64,000 nt of DNA from Candidatus Woesebacteria bacterium. Lineage in GTDB: Bacteria > Patescibacteriota > Microgenomatia > UBA8517. Under the pieces are notes generated by a model, which worked only from the letters and a program-made list of their open reading frames with translations, was not told the origin of the DNA and did no database searches. Below are positions 1-9,697 of the stretch, piece by piece (the stretch's first letter is position 1; each line of letters begins with the position of its first letter). The stretch spans positions 346,906 through 410,905 of the forward strand of contig CP066686.1 of assembly GCA_016432365.1 (NCBI GenBank), read 5' to 3'. Made by a program: the position numbers and the translations under genes.

Positions 1-11
1 TGGGGATCGAT

Positions 12-1211
12 ATGATAATTTCTGATCACCATCAGCAAGGGAAAATAAAACCAAAACCGTTGGCACTTATTTATACAACTCAAATTGGAGGCTCTGCGGT
101 GGCGTGGTTTTTTGCAAGAGAAATCGTTAAAAGATTTAAGATTGATGATTCAAGATTTAAGATTGGGGAACGACTACAACTCGCTGCTATTGGAACAGTA
201 GCCGACCAGCTTCCGCTTACCGGGCCAAGCAGATCAATCGTCAAACACGGCTTGGAAGAATTGAGAAATACAAGAAGACCGGGGCTTTTGAGTTTATTTG
301 AAGAAGGAAGAATAGAAAGGGAAAATGTCGGAACCTATGAAATTGGATTTCTGATTGCCCCAAGAATAAATTCGATGGGGCGTCTTAAACACGGACTGGA
401 ATCTTTACGGCTTTTGTGTACAAAGGATAAAGTAAAAGCTAAGGAAATTGCAGGAAATATCGGAAGAACCAATTCCGATAGACAAAAAATTGTTGACGAA
501 GTAGTTTTGCATGCCAAAAAGTCTTTTGCCGAGATTGAAAAACAATCAGTAATTATTTTGGCTGATGAAAGTTATCACGAGGGTGTGATTGGTCTTGCGG
601 CGGCAAAATTGGTGGAAGAGTTTTACAGGCCTGCAATCGTTTTGTCGATAAAAGAAGGTGTGGCTAAGGCCTCGGCCAGGTCGATTTCCGGATTTAATAT
701 TATCGAGTCAATTAGAAAATTTGAAGATTTGTATATCGAAGGAGGGGGACACCCAATGGCTGCCGGTTTTTCTATAAAAACTGAAAATATTCCTGAGTTT
801 TCCCATCGTTTGAACAAACTGGCAAAAGGAATGTTGACAGAAGAGCTACTTCAAAGAAGACTTAAAATAGACTTAGAACTTGATTTTGGAAAAATCAACC
901 CTGAGCTTGTCGAATGGGTTAAAAAATTTGAACCTTCAGGACTCGGAAATCCATCACCAATTTTTGTGAGTAAGAATGTAGAAATTATCTCAGTCAAAAC
1001 TGTGGGGAGGGACTCAAAACATCTTAAACTTAAACTAAAACAGAATGAACATATTTTTGACTCGATATTTTTTGGTGGGGGAGAAATTTACTCAAAACTA
1101 AAAACAGGGGCAGATTCAAACATTAACATTGTTTATCATCTAGAAGAAAATGTTTGGAATGGGAGGTCTGCTATTCAGTTGAAAATTAGGGATTTACGAC
1201 ATGCCAACTAA
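12..1211 (+). CDS. recJ: Single-stranded-DNA-specific exonuclease RecJ, C-terminal portion; the 5' end lies outside the window
   Basis: DHH motif near the N-terminus of the fragment, and a DHHA1-type GGGHPMAAGF motif; the ORF runs off the window start. Confidence 0.7.
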   Translation: MIISDHHQQGKIKPKPLALIYTTQIGGSAVAWFFAREIVKRFKIDDSRFKIGERLQLAAIGTVADQLPLTGPSRSIVKHGLEELRNTRRPGLLSLFEEGRIERENVGTYEIGFLIAPRINSMGRLKHGLESLRLLCTKDKVKAKEIAGNIGRTNSDRQKIVDEVVLHAKKSFAEIEKQSVIILADESYHEGVIGLAAAKLVEEFYRPAIVLSIKEGVAKASARSISGFNIIESIRKFEDLYIEGGGHPMAAGFSIKTENIPEFSHRLNKLAKGMLTEELLQRRLKIDLELDFGKINPELVEWVKKFEPSGLGNPSPIFVSKNVEIISVKTVGRDSKHLKLKLKQNEHIFDSIFFGGGEIYSKLKTGADSNINIVYHLEENVWNGRSAIQLKIRDLRHAN

Positions 1212-1411
1212 GCATTTTTTTGGATTGGGTATCTAACTTCACAATCCACCTTCTCTTTTACGAGAAATGTTTTTGTAACCCAGGTTTTTAGGTTTGGATC
1301 GAATATTTCCATTTCCTCCAGCCTGAATGTGTAATCGGAAGTGTTAATGCCACGGGAGGCCAGTGTTTCGATCGCAGACTCCAATTCGCTTTTTTGTCTT
1401 TCGTTTTTCAT
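1208..1411 (-). CDS. hypothetical small protein (67 aa)
   Basis: ORF only, no recognisable motif. Confidence 0.2.
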   Translation of the reverse strand: MKNERQKSELESAIETLASRGINTSDYTFRLEEMEIFDPNLKTWVTKTFLVKEKVDCEVRYPIQKNA

Positions 1412-1596
1412 TTTACATATCTTTTTTTGGACTAAAAAAAACCTCTTTTATTAAGAGGTTTGTAAACTAAGCCAAAATATACAACCCCCTAAGTAAAGAG
1501 GTTAATTGTGACCATCTTGGCGCAAGGCGAAATTTTCATAATAATCATGTATTTTTACAAATATTGACCCCCTGGTCAAGAGCTGAATATAAGTAT

Positions 1597-1625
1597 GGTA
1601 GTTTGACAGATTAATATTTTCCTAT
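1597..1625 (+). promoter_or_regulatory. sigma70-like promoter (TTGACA, 16 nt spacer, TATACT) driving the T-box leader and aspS
   Basis: near-consensus -35 and -10 hexamers read directly in the sequence. Confidence 0.4.
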
Positions 1626-1629
1626 ATAC

Positions 1630-1760
1630 TGGGTCTGGAAGCGATGATGGTAGTGACGCACCGGAGCTTGTAGTTTTAGAGAGTTATAAATAAGGGTGGC
1701 ACCGCGAGGAGACTCGCCCCTGTACCGTAATCTACGGGATAGAGGCGAGTTTTTTGTTGT
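1630..1760 (+). promoter_or_regulatory. T-box riboswitch leader with an intrinsic terminator
   Basis: conserved T-box sequence AAATAAGGGTGGCACCGCGAGG; downstream terminator helix (CTCGCC...GGCGAG enclosing CCGTA/TACGG) followed by TTTTTT immediately before the aaRS start. Confidence 0.7.
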
Positions 1761-1763
1761 AGA

Positions 1764-3107
1764 ATGAAATATATGGAAAGAATATTAATTTGTGAAACAC
1801 CAAAGAAGATAGGTGACAAGGTTCGACTTGCAGGCTGGGTAAATGCTATCCGTGATCATGGAAAGATTACTTTCCTTGATCTAAGAGATAGGAGTGGCAT
1901 AGTCCAATGTGTTGGCAAGGATCTCGAAAAAGTATCATCTGAATCTGTTGTCGAAATAATTGGATCCATTGCTGAAAGACCCGAAAAGTTAATAAATCAA
2001 AATCTAAAAACGGGAAAGGTTGAGGTCCAGATCGAGGAATTGAAAATAATCAGCAAATCCGCAGAGTTGCCTTTTGATATAGGAACAGAAGACTTGAACC
2101 TTGAACTTCCCACGCTCTTGGATTTTAGAAGTCTCACTTTGCGACACCCCAAGATAAAGGCAATATTCAAAGTTCAGGAGGTGGTAATCGATTCATTCAG
2201 AAGAGCATTGCAGGCAAAAGATTTTTTTGAATTTCAAGCGCCATCGATAATTTCCTCGGCCCCCGAGGGTGGAGCAGAAATATTTGAAGTAGATTATTTT
2301 GGACATAAGACTTATTTAGCTCAAAGCCCACAACTGTACAAATCACTACTGGTAAGCATTTTTGAAAGAGTTTTCAGTGTCAATAAAGTATTTAGGGCCG
2401 AACCAAGTGTTACCACGCGCCATTTAACCGAAGTCGTAAGTTTGGACGCTGAGTTTGGTTTTATTGAAGATTACTTAGAGGTAAAGGAAATGGCTGAATA
2501 TACGATCAAATTTGTTTTAGATCAAGTTGCTGAAAAATGTGCGAAAGAACTTGAAATGTGGGGAGCTACGATCCCTAAAGTTTCAAAAAGCATTCCGATA
2601 ATTAAGTTGAGAGAGGCTCAAGAAATAATTTATAAAAGAACAGGAAGAGACTGCCGTAAAGAAAAAGATTTGGCCCCCGAAGACGAACGCGAAATTTGCA
2701 AATGGTCTCTGGAAGAAAAAGGCTCCGATCTCGTCTTTGTAAGCCATTATCCTACAAAGGCAAGACCGTTTTATACATACCCGGATCCGGAGGACCCCGA
2801 ATTTAATCAAGGTTTTGATTTAATTGGAAGGGGGACTGAATGGATGACAGGTGGCCGTAGAATTCACGATTATCAGACGCTAATGGAACATGTCAAAGAA
2901 TGGGGGATAACACCTAAAAATATAGAACTTTACTTGCAAGCTTATAAATATGGAATGCCTCCTCTTGGAGGATTTGCATTTGGGGCTGAGAGGATAACAA
3001 TGCATATTTTAGGACTTAAAAATGTTCGTGAAGCATCGCTTTTCCCGAGAGATATGGAACGGGTCGACTTTAGATTCTCGCAAACCGAAGAAGACTCTTC
3101 AAAATAA
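1764..3107 (+). CDS. aspS: Aspartyl-tRNA synthetase, class IIb archaeal/eukaryal-type (AsnRS not fully excluded)
   Basis: OB-fold N-terminus (VRLAGWV...RDHGKITFLDLRD), QSPQLYK flipping-loop motif, FRAE motif 2, GGFAFGAERI motif 3; 447 aa. Confidence 0.7.
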   Translation: MKYMERILICETPKKIGDKVRLAGWVNAIRDHGKITFLDLRDRSGIVQCVGKDLEKVSSESVVEIIGSIAERPEKLINQNLKTGKVEVQIEELKIISKSAELPFDIGTEDLNLELPTLLDFRSLTLRHPKIKAIFKVQEVVIDSFRRALQAKDFFEFQAPSIISSAPEGGAEIFEVDYFGHKTYLAQSPQLYKSLLVSIFERVFSVNKVFRAEPSVTTRHLTEVVSLDAEFGFIEDYLEVKEMAEYTIKFVLDQVAEKCAKELEMWGATIPKVSKSIPIIKLREAQEIIYKRTGRDCRKEKDLAPEDEREICKWSLEEKGSDLVFVSHYPTKARPFYTYPDPEDPEFNQGFDLIGRGTEWMTGGRRIHDYQTLMEHVKEWGITPKNIELYLQAYKYGMPPLGGFAFGAERITMHILGLKNVREASLFPRDMERVDFRFSQTEEDSSK

Positions 3108-3113
3108 GCTGCA

Positions 3114-4094
3114 ATGAATTTACTTACCAAAAAAGACCATTTTTTGTTTTTGGCAATTTTGGCTTTTGTTTTTATATCTTCCACTGCCCTTGCCTTATCC
3201 CGATCTTACAATTTTACAAAAATTTACCAAATTGTAGTAAAGGGTGAAGATAAAAAATATCCTCCTAACCCAGTTCTTAAACAAAATTCAACCTTTCCTG
3301 TTCTTTCTGCTCAAGGAGTTCTGGTTGCGGATTTAAATTCCGGTGTGACACTCTACGAAAAAAATGCTGATCAAAAACTCCTACCGGCGTCGACTACAAA
3401 GATTGTCACGGCTCTTGTGGCCTTAGATTATTATCCGTTAAATCAGGTAATTACCGTTGGACCTGAGGTTAGGGTTGTTGGGCAAAAAATGGGACTTTTT
3501 AAGGGTGAACAAATGAAGGTGGAGGATCTCTTATACGGACTTCTGGTTTATTCTGCAAACGATGCGGCGGAAGTTTTAGCAAACAACTATTGTGCCCCAA
3601 AAGGACCAGAACAAACCCAAACTGGCGAGACGGTGTTTTGTGGATATGACGCCTTTATTTATGCCATGAACAAAAAAGCAAATGAGCTTTCCATGATTAA
3701 CAGCCACTTCGACAATCCGGTTGGCCTCGATACCGAAGGTCAATACGCAACCGTAAGAGATTTGGTTAGAGTTTCGGAGGTGGCCATGAGAAATCCGACT
3801 TTTGCAAAAATAGTTGGGACAAAACAAGTTACTTTTAAAGATGTAACCGGTAAATTTGCGTACAATCTTAATAATATTAATGCGCTTTTGGGGAGTGTCC
3901 CAGGGGTATTGGGAGTAAAAACTGGCTGGACAGAAAATGCCCGCGAAAATTTAGTAACATACATTGAACGCGATGGGCACAAAGTTATGATTGCAGTTTT
4001 GGGAAGCCAGGACAGGTTTGGAGAAACAAAAGAACTTATCGATTGGATATTTTCAAGCTACGAGTGGCAGGAAGTAAATCCTTACTCCCCGTAG
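3114..4094 (+). CDS. Serine-type D-Ala-D-Ala carboxypeptidase (peptidase S11, PBP5/6-like)
   Basis: SxxK (STTK), SxN (SAND) and KTG (KTGWT) active-site motifs; N-terminal signal/TM; translationally coupled to aspS. Confidence 0.75.
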   Translation: MNLLTKKDHFLFLAILAFVFISSTALALSRSYNFTKIYQIVVKGEDKKYPPNPVLKQNSTFPVLSAQGVLVADLNSGVTLYEKNADQKLLPASTTKIVTALVALDYYPLNQVITVGPEVRVVGQKMGLFKGEQMKVEDLLYGLLVYSANDAAEVLANNYCAPKGPEQTQTGETVFCGYDAFIYAMNKKANELSMINSHFDNPVGLDTEGQYATVRDLVRVSEVAMRNPTFAKIVGTKQVTFKDVTGKFAYNLNNINALLGSVPGVLGVKTGWTENARENLVTYIERDGHKVMIAVLGSQDRFGETKELIDWIFSSYEWQEVNPYSP

Positions 4095-5134
4095 TAGTCC
4101 GATTTTACAGCAGGCAGATAGGCGGTAAATCCGTTATCCCCCTCAAAAACATAAATGGGTTGGAAGAAATCGGTTATGGTATCAGGGTCAAAGTAAGCAA
4201 GGTAAACCCTTCTTATTTTTAGCGTATCACCATCCTTTGTTAATCCAATGTCTGCTACGAACGCATTTCCGGCTGTAAACTCGGCATACGCCTCGGTTGG
4301 GGTTTTAAGAGGGTAAGTCGAGAATTGAGTTTCGTCGACAGGAAAGTAATGATACTCAGCAGCAATTAGTTGTTGTCGTTTATTGCTGGAACCACTCACT
4401 ATTGCCCAAACATTTGCTTTATTTGGATTACCGGTCATACTTGGCAAGTCGTCGTACTGCTTTCTGAATAAATTAACTTCTATTACATCGCTTTCGGATA
4501 AAGATAGTGCACTAATTAACTTTCCGTCAGATAACTTTAAAAAGTTATGAGTCACCGGTCCGGTCAAGTCGTCCGGTAAAACCCCGGCGGTGGAGAGTGC
4601 AGACCTAAACTTAGAAGCGGCAACTTCCGCGATTGGTGGTTTGGTAGCAATTGGGGATCTGTCCGCGATTAAATCATAACTTATGGAAAAAACTCCGGTA
4701 ATGATGTTAATTTCTAAGACCGAAGGAAAATTTGAACTCCCGAATCTGTACACAGTGTCAGACACTTGGATTGGATCCTTTGTAAATTCGAGAACCTTTG
4801 CTTTGTTTTTGGCAACATCAAGCGAAAGTAAATTTGCACTGATTTTCGGCATAAAGAAAACTTTTGCCTGCCCAGGAATATTGGCGGGAAGTCCGCCCTC
4901 AGGGGTTTCGAGAACATAATTTATTTTTGGAGACGGAGAACCAGAAGGGAAAGGGACTTTTGTGAGTTTTCCAAATTTTACTGTGGGTGGAGGAGGTGGG
5001 GCAGGAAAAACCTTTTTGTATATTGCCACTCCGGAATCAAGCAAAAACTTCCCTACTATTATAAATATTATGAAAAATATTCCATATCGGATGCCCTTTC
5101 TGGCATTTATGGCAACTTGGGTAAGGCCGGTCAT
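4082..5134 (-). CDS. hypothetical membrane-anchored protein with a poly-proline tract (PAPPPPPT)
   Basis: N-terminal TM helix, proline-rich linker, no catalytic motif recognised. Confidence 0.4.
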   Translation of the reverse strand: MTGLTQVAINARKGIRYGIFFIIFIIVGKFLLDSGVAIYKKVFPAPPPPPTVKFGKLTKVPFPSGSPSPKINYVLETPEGGLPANIPGQAKVFFMPKISANLLSLDVAKNKAKVLEFTKDPIQVSDTVYRFGSSNFPSVLEINIITGVFSISYDLIADRSPIATKPPIAEVAASKFRSALSTAGVLPDDLTGPVTHNFLKLSDGKLISALSLSESDVIEVNLFRKQYDDLPSMTGNPNKANVWAIVSGSSNKRQQLIAAEYHYFPVDETQFSTYPLKTPTEAYAEFTAGNAFVADIGLTKDGDTLKIRRVYLAYFDPDTITDFFQPIYVFEGDNGFTAYLPAVKSDYYGE

Positions 5135-5289
5135 AGTTATATAGAGTATAAAAGCAGGAGAGCGGGAGAGTTTAAGTTCCGACTTATACTCTTCTACTCT
5201 TCTACTCTTTCAGTATATCGTGGCAGAGCTTCACGTTCAACTTGATATGGTGTAAGTCTACTTTTTTATCGCACAAAAAAAGATCTTGG

Positions 5290-5309
5290 CCATTTGCTAA
5301 AGCAAATGG
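5290..5309. promoter_or_regulatory. perfect 20-bp palindrome CCATTTGCTAAAGCAAATGG overlapping the gltX promoter (extended -10 TGGTAAAAT); candidate operator
   Basis: read directly from the sequence; 9-bp arms with a 2-bp spacer, 17 nt upstream of the gltX ATG. Confidence 0.35.
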
Positions 5310-5325
5310 TAAAATCTAAGGTACT

Positions 5326-6675
5326 ATGACAAAATTTCGTACTCGTTTTGCGCCTAGCCCAACAGGTTTTTTGCATATCGGTGGTCTTAGAACCGCTCTT
5401 TATGCCTACGCTTTGGCGAAACATAGCGGTGGAGATTTTTTACTTCGTATAGAGGATACCGATCAAAAACGTCAGGTTGAGGGGGCCACGGAAGCTTTGC
5501 AAAAAACTTTAAATAAATTTGATTTAGTTTGGGATGAATATTACGTTCAATCGGAAAGACAAGAAAAGGGACTATATCGCGTGGCGGCCGAAAAACTGAT
5601 TAAAGATGGTCATGCATTTTACTGCCAATGTAAATCTAAAAACGCCAAGGAGGAGGGATTTTCCAGCGTTCTTCGTGATCCATGCAGAGACAAAGGTTTA
5701 ATTGAGGGCGCTATTAAATTAAAAGTCCCGGAAAATAAAATGCTTTCTTATCGCGACTTCGTTCACAAAAAAGAAATTTCATGGAATAGCGATTCCGTTT
5801 ATGATGCAACCTTGCTCAAAACGGACGGATTTCCCACATACCATTTAGCGGTAGCGGTTGATGACACGGATATGAAGATAACACATATTTTGAGGGGACA
5901 TGATTGGCTCCCTTCCACACCGATTCACCTTTTAGTATTTGAATATTTGGGCGCAAAGGTTCCGGAAATAGGGCATGTTACAGATATCCTTTCGGCCGAA
6001 ACCGGTAAAAAATTATCAAAACGGCGCGATTCGGTTTTTGCTGAACAATTTTTGGATCAAGGATATCTTCCCGAAGCTCTTCTTAATTTTGTCATGCTTT
6101 TGGGGTGGGCTCCAAAAGATAATCGTGAACTTTTTACACTTTCGGAATTTGTCGAGCATTTTGATATTGGTGGTTTCCAAGAAGCGAATCCCAGGTTTTT
6201 GGTGGATAAATTGGATTGGTTTAATGGAGAATACATTCGCAAACTCAGCGACGCTGAGCTTTGCGAAAAATTCGAAAATCTAAATCCGAAATTCGAAACA
6301 ATGGATAAAAATTCCAAACTTGAAATTACAAAACTTCTGAAAGACAGGATTAAAAAGATTTCGGACATTAACACACTCGGTAAGTTTTTCTGGGAAGCAC
6401 CCACTGTTGACAAAAACTTATTTGGAGAAAACTACAAAGAACATTTGATCGGTGCATTTGAAGTATTCGAGAAAATTGAGGATGGGGACCTTGAAAGGTT
6501 GGGGATTTCTTTACTGGAGCTTTGCGACAGGAAAAAGTTTCCGCGAGGAGACTTTTTTATGACCATGCGTGTCGCTATTACTGGTCAAAAATTTACCCCA
6601 CCAATTAATGATTCTATGATAATTTTAGGAAAAGAAGAAACACTTGTTCGTTTGCATAAAGCTTTTAGCTCTTAG
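5326..6675 (+). CDS. gltX: Glutamyl-tRNA synthetase
   Basis: HIGH motif (PTGFLHIGG) and KMSKS motif (KLSKR); class I catalytic core. Confidence 0.85.
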   Translation: MTKFRTRFAPSPTGFLHIGGLRTALYAYALAKHSGGDFLLRIEDTDQKRQVEGATEALQKTLNKFDLVWDEYYVQSERQEKGLYRVAAEKLIKDGHAFYCQCKSKNAKEEGFSSVLRDPCRDKGLIEGAIKLKVPENKMLSYRDFVHKKEISWNSDSVYDATLLKTDGFPTYHLAVAVDDTDMKITHILRGHDWLPSTPIHLLVFEYLGAKVPEIGHVTDILSAETGKKLSKRRDSVFAEQFLDQGYLPEALLNFVMLLGWAPKDNRELFTLSEFVEHFDIGGFQEANPRFLVDKLDWFNGEYIRKLSDAELCEKFENLNPKFETMDKNSKLEITKLLKDRIKKISDINTLGKFFWEAPTVDKNLFGENYKEHLIGAFEVFEKIEDGDLERLGISLLELCDRKKFPRGDFFMTMRVAITGQKFTPPINDSMIILGKEETLVRLHKAFSS

Positions 6676-6698
6676 TTATTCGTTTTTAGGTTTTTACA

Positions 6699-7646
6699 AT
6701 GTCTCACGATCTGCCCACCACGACATACAAAATAAATAGAGAGAGAGTTGATACTGAATTTATTCGCAACAAACTCAAGTTTAAAAGCTTGGGAGTTAAA
6801 AATTCATTTAATGAAAAGTACCCTCATGTTAAAAAGTTTTTTGATGACCATGGAATTGACCTCGGTAAAATTCGTGCACATTCTGCTAAAGTCATAGCAA
6901 CCGGGGCTTTGACCGGAACATTGCTTTTTGCTCCCCCCATGGGTGTTAAGAATTTGCCGCAATTAACAGAAGTTGTAAAAAATATGACGGATGGCCAGGC
7001 CTTGGGATCAAATATTCCTTATCAGGAACTTCTATTAAACAACCTTCATGCCATTCTCCCCCAAAAAATAGGCCCTCTGGATAGGTCTACCGAAAAAAGT
7101 TTAGAACAGGTTTTCCAGCAAATTATTGGGATAAATGCCAGGGCCGGGTTGGAAGGGGAACATTTAAATACTACATACGGTTACATAGGGGCGGAACAAC
7201 ATTTAATGCGCTATCCTGGGGACACTATGGCAACTCATCCTAAAATCCCAGAGCATGATGAAGGGATGGCGCCCGGACGTGGGGCATGGGGTTATGTTCC
7301 AGCCAAAAACGAAACATGGTATGCTGTTGTCCAAACCTTATATCTGCCCGATTGGAATACACGTCAGCCGTATTTACAAAATTGGTATAAATATAGAAAA
7401 GTCCTAATTGTTAACACGATAAACGGAAACGCAGTTGTCGCCGATATTGCAGACGCCGGCCCCGCAGCTTTCACCGGAAAACATTTTGGCGGAAGTCCTG
7501 AAGTTATGAATTATCTGGGAGGGCCAAGATATAAAAAAGGACCAGTTATAGTCTTTTTTGTTGACGATCCAAATAACAAAGTACCGCTTGGACCGGTAGA
7601 GTACAATATAGTCAATATACCTGGAGTTGAATTAACACAAGCATGA
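6699..7646 (+). CDS. hypothetical protein; the C-terminus is weakly 3D/DPBB-like
   Basis: no clear motif; 4-nt overlap with the next ORF suggests an operon. Confidence 0.35.
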   Translation: MSHDLPTTTYKINRERVDTEFIRNKLKFKSLGVKNSFNEKYPHVKKFFDDHGIDLGKIRAHSAKVIATGALTGTLLFAPPMGVKNLPQLTEVVKNMTDGQALGSNIPYQELLLNNLHAILPQKIGPLDRSTEKSLEQVFQQIIGINARAGLEGEHLNTTYGYIGAEQHLMRYPGDTMATHPKIPEHDEGMAPGRGAWGYVPAKNETWYAVVQTLYLPDWNTRQPYLQNWYKYRKVLIVNTINGNAVVADIADAGPAAFTGKHFGGSPEVMNYLGGPRYKKGPVIVFFVDDPNNKVPLGPVEYNIVNIPGVELTQA

Positions 7647-7975
7647 GCAAATTATTTTTCGACCACTTACTTGATTTAAAAGAAGTGGATAAACAAATCA
7701 AAAAAGTTGCTAAAACCCCCGAGGAAAGGGAAGAGCTATGGGGATTAATAGATGAAATTGTTCACCATAAAGTAATGGGGTGCATACTCGACAATCTTCC
7801 TCGAGAACACCACGGGGAGTTTTTAGAAATGTTTCACACTTCACCTCACGACGAAGAGCTGCTGTTTACATATTTGCGTAGAAAAGTGGGCGAGAATATC
7901 GAAGGCCTTATTAAACAAGAGATCGGCGGACTTGCCGCCGAAATCTTGGAAGAAATCAAAACTACTTCTTCATAG
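7643..7975 (+). CDS. hypothetical small acidic protein (110 aa)
   Basis: ATGA overlap with the upstream ORF; no motif. Confidence 0.35.
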   Translation: MSKLFFDHLLDLKEVDKQIKKVAKTPEEREELWGLIDEIVHHKVMGCILDNLPREHHGEFLEMFHTSPHDEELLFTYLRRKVGENIEGLIKQEIGGLAAEILEEIKTTSS

Positions 7976-8159
7976 TGAACATCTTGTAAAAAGCATACAC
8001 GCCGCTAAGTCCGACTAATATATATACCCATTGGGTAATCATTCCTACTCCAAACACCATTTCGACCAAATTATATTTAAAAGCTCCAACAAGACCCCAA
8101 TTAATAGCGCCAACGACTACCAAAATCCAAGTAATATAATCCAACGTGTTCATCTTCAT
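7962..8159 (-). CDS. DUF378-family small membrane protein
   Basis: two TM helices with INWGLVG-type motif typical of DUF378. Confidence 0.55.
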   Translation of the reverse strand: MKMNTLDYITWILVVVGAINWGLVGAFKYNLVEMVFGVGMITQWVYILVGLSGVYAFYKMFTMKK

Positions 8160-8233
8160 ATATTTTTCACCTCCTTTTTAGTTACAATTCAGTATCCACT
8201 TTTTTTAGATCGCGTGTCAAGTTAGAATAGATT

Positions 8234-8572
8234 ATGGACAATCATTTTGGCGGGGTTATTTGGACGAACCACTCTTTAGACAGGTTGCGGGAGAGGGGAA
8301 TAAAACAAGGTGATGCGTGGGCAACCTGGAGAAGGCCTGACCAGTCTTATAAAGGAAATCTTCATAAAGGAGACGATGCTTGGAGATATTACAGGCAATT
8401 TGACGATCAAAGAATAGAAGTGGTTGCAAAACAAAATGAAAAAAAGGAATGGATAATACTTTCAGTCTGGTCACAACGGGTTTCCCGAAACTCCCCAGAT
8501 TCCAGATTTCAGATTCAAGATTCTAAAGTATCCTTTTGGCGCAAATTATATAATTTCATTTTTACAAAGTAA
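8234..8572 (+). CDS. hypothetical protein, DUF4258-like (toxin-like fold?)
   Basis: pattern H..LDRLRERGI ... IEVVAK...WIILSVW resembles DUF4258; weak. Confidence 0.3.
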   Translation: MDNHFGGVIWTNHSLDRLRERGIKQGDAWATWRRPDQSYKGNLHKGDDAWRYYRQFDDQRIEVVAKQNEKKEWIILSVWSQRVSRNSPDSRFQIQDSKVSFWRKLYNFIFTK

Positions 8573-8600
8573 CGCGATTAGAGTACAATTCACACTTGGT

Positions 8601-9680
8601 ATGCGCAAACTATTTAATTTCTTAAATAATTGGAGACTCAAATGGGGCAAGTGGTTTTGGATTATTCTTGGAGTTGTTGCAATTATTATTTGGCGGATTA
8701 TAGTAAATTTAAACAAACCCGTCAAAGTTGAAACGTCGAAAGTTATAAATGGAAACCTGGTTCAGTCCGTGTCAACCTCGGGAACTGTTAAGGCGGATCA
8801 ATATGCTCCGCTTACCTTTCAGGGCGGAGGACTTGTAGCTTGGGTTGGAGTAAAAGCCGGGGACGTTGTTAAAAAAGGTCAGGGGATTGCACAACTCGAC
8901 GCGATTTCACTTAATGCGGCATATCAACAGGCACTGAATAATTACAGAAATTACCAGGCTACAGCAGAAAATGTTTTAGATCAGGTTAAAGATCACTCAA
9001 CAGACGAAACTTTTTCTCAAAAAGCCACAAGAACAACAGCTGAGGTAAACCGCGACAATGCGTATAATGCTGTTTTAGCTGCAAGAGATAACTTAAAAAA
9101 CGCCACAATTTATGCTCCTTTTGCCGGAATTATTGATTCAGTTGTTCCAGCTTCCGCCGGAGTTAACGTCTTGCCGGGAGCAGCTAACTATACAATTGTA
9201 AATCCTGCAACAGTTTATTTTGATGCGGAGGTAGAAGAAACTGATTTGCCAAATGTAAAGGTAGGACAGACGGTTGATATCAGACTTGACGCTTACCCCG
9301 ATATTTTATATCAAGGAAGGGTGGAAGTTATAGGGATGGTGGCTTTTACGTCCCGCACGGGGGGAAACGCTTATCATATCCGAATTAGCCTTCCGGACAA
9401 TGTCGATCAAAAATTCAAGGTGGGTATGGGTGGGGATACTGACATAATTTTTAATACAATTAATCAGGTACTTAAAGTTTCATCTTCTGCTGTTGTAACT
9501 GACACATCTAATTACGTTTGGATAGTTGAGAACGCTAGGGCTAAGAAAGTCAAAGTGGAGATTGGGGCAACGAGCATCGATGAAACCGAAATTAAATCTG
9601 GTCTAACGGAGGGTCAGACTATTATTTCTCAGCCACCAACCCTGCTTAAGCCGGGACAAAAACTAGTAACTAGTGACTAG
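8601..9680 (+). CDS. Efflux-transporter periplasmic adaptor subunit (HlyD/MacA family)
   Basis: N-terminal TM anchor, biotin-lipoyl-like and beta-barrel segments, followed by ABC ATPase and FtsX-like permease genes. Confidence 0.7.
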   Translation: MRKLFNFLNNWRLKWGKWFWIILGVVAIIIWRIIVNLNKPVKVETSKVINGNLVQSVSTSGTVKADQYAPLTFQGGGLVAWVGVKAGDVVKKGQGIAQLDAISLNAAYQQALNNYRNYQATAENVLDQVKDHSTDETFSQKATRTTAEVNRDNAYNAVLAARDNLKNATIYAPFAGIIDSVVPASAGVNVLPGAANYTIVNPATVYFDAEVEETDLPNVKVGQTVDIRLDAYPDILYQGRVEVIGMVAFTSRTGGNAYHIRISLPDNVDQKFKVGMGGDTDIIFNTINQVLKVSSSAVVTDTSNYVWIVENARAKKVKVEIGATSIDETEIKSGLTEGQTIISQPPTLLKPGQKLVTSD

Positions 9681-9697
9681 TTGCTAGTTACTAGTCT
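9662..9697. repeat. quasi-palindromic cluster of four ACTAGT sites (AACTAGTAACTAGTGACTAGTTGCTAGTTACTAGTC) at the adaptor/ABC gene junction
   Basis: read directly; spans the stop of the adaptor gene and the start region of the ATPase gene. Confidence 0.5.
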
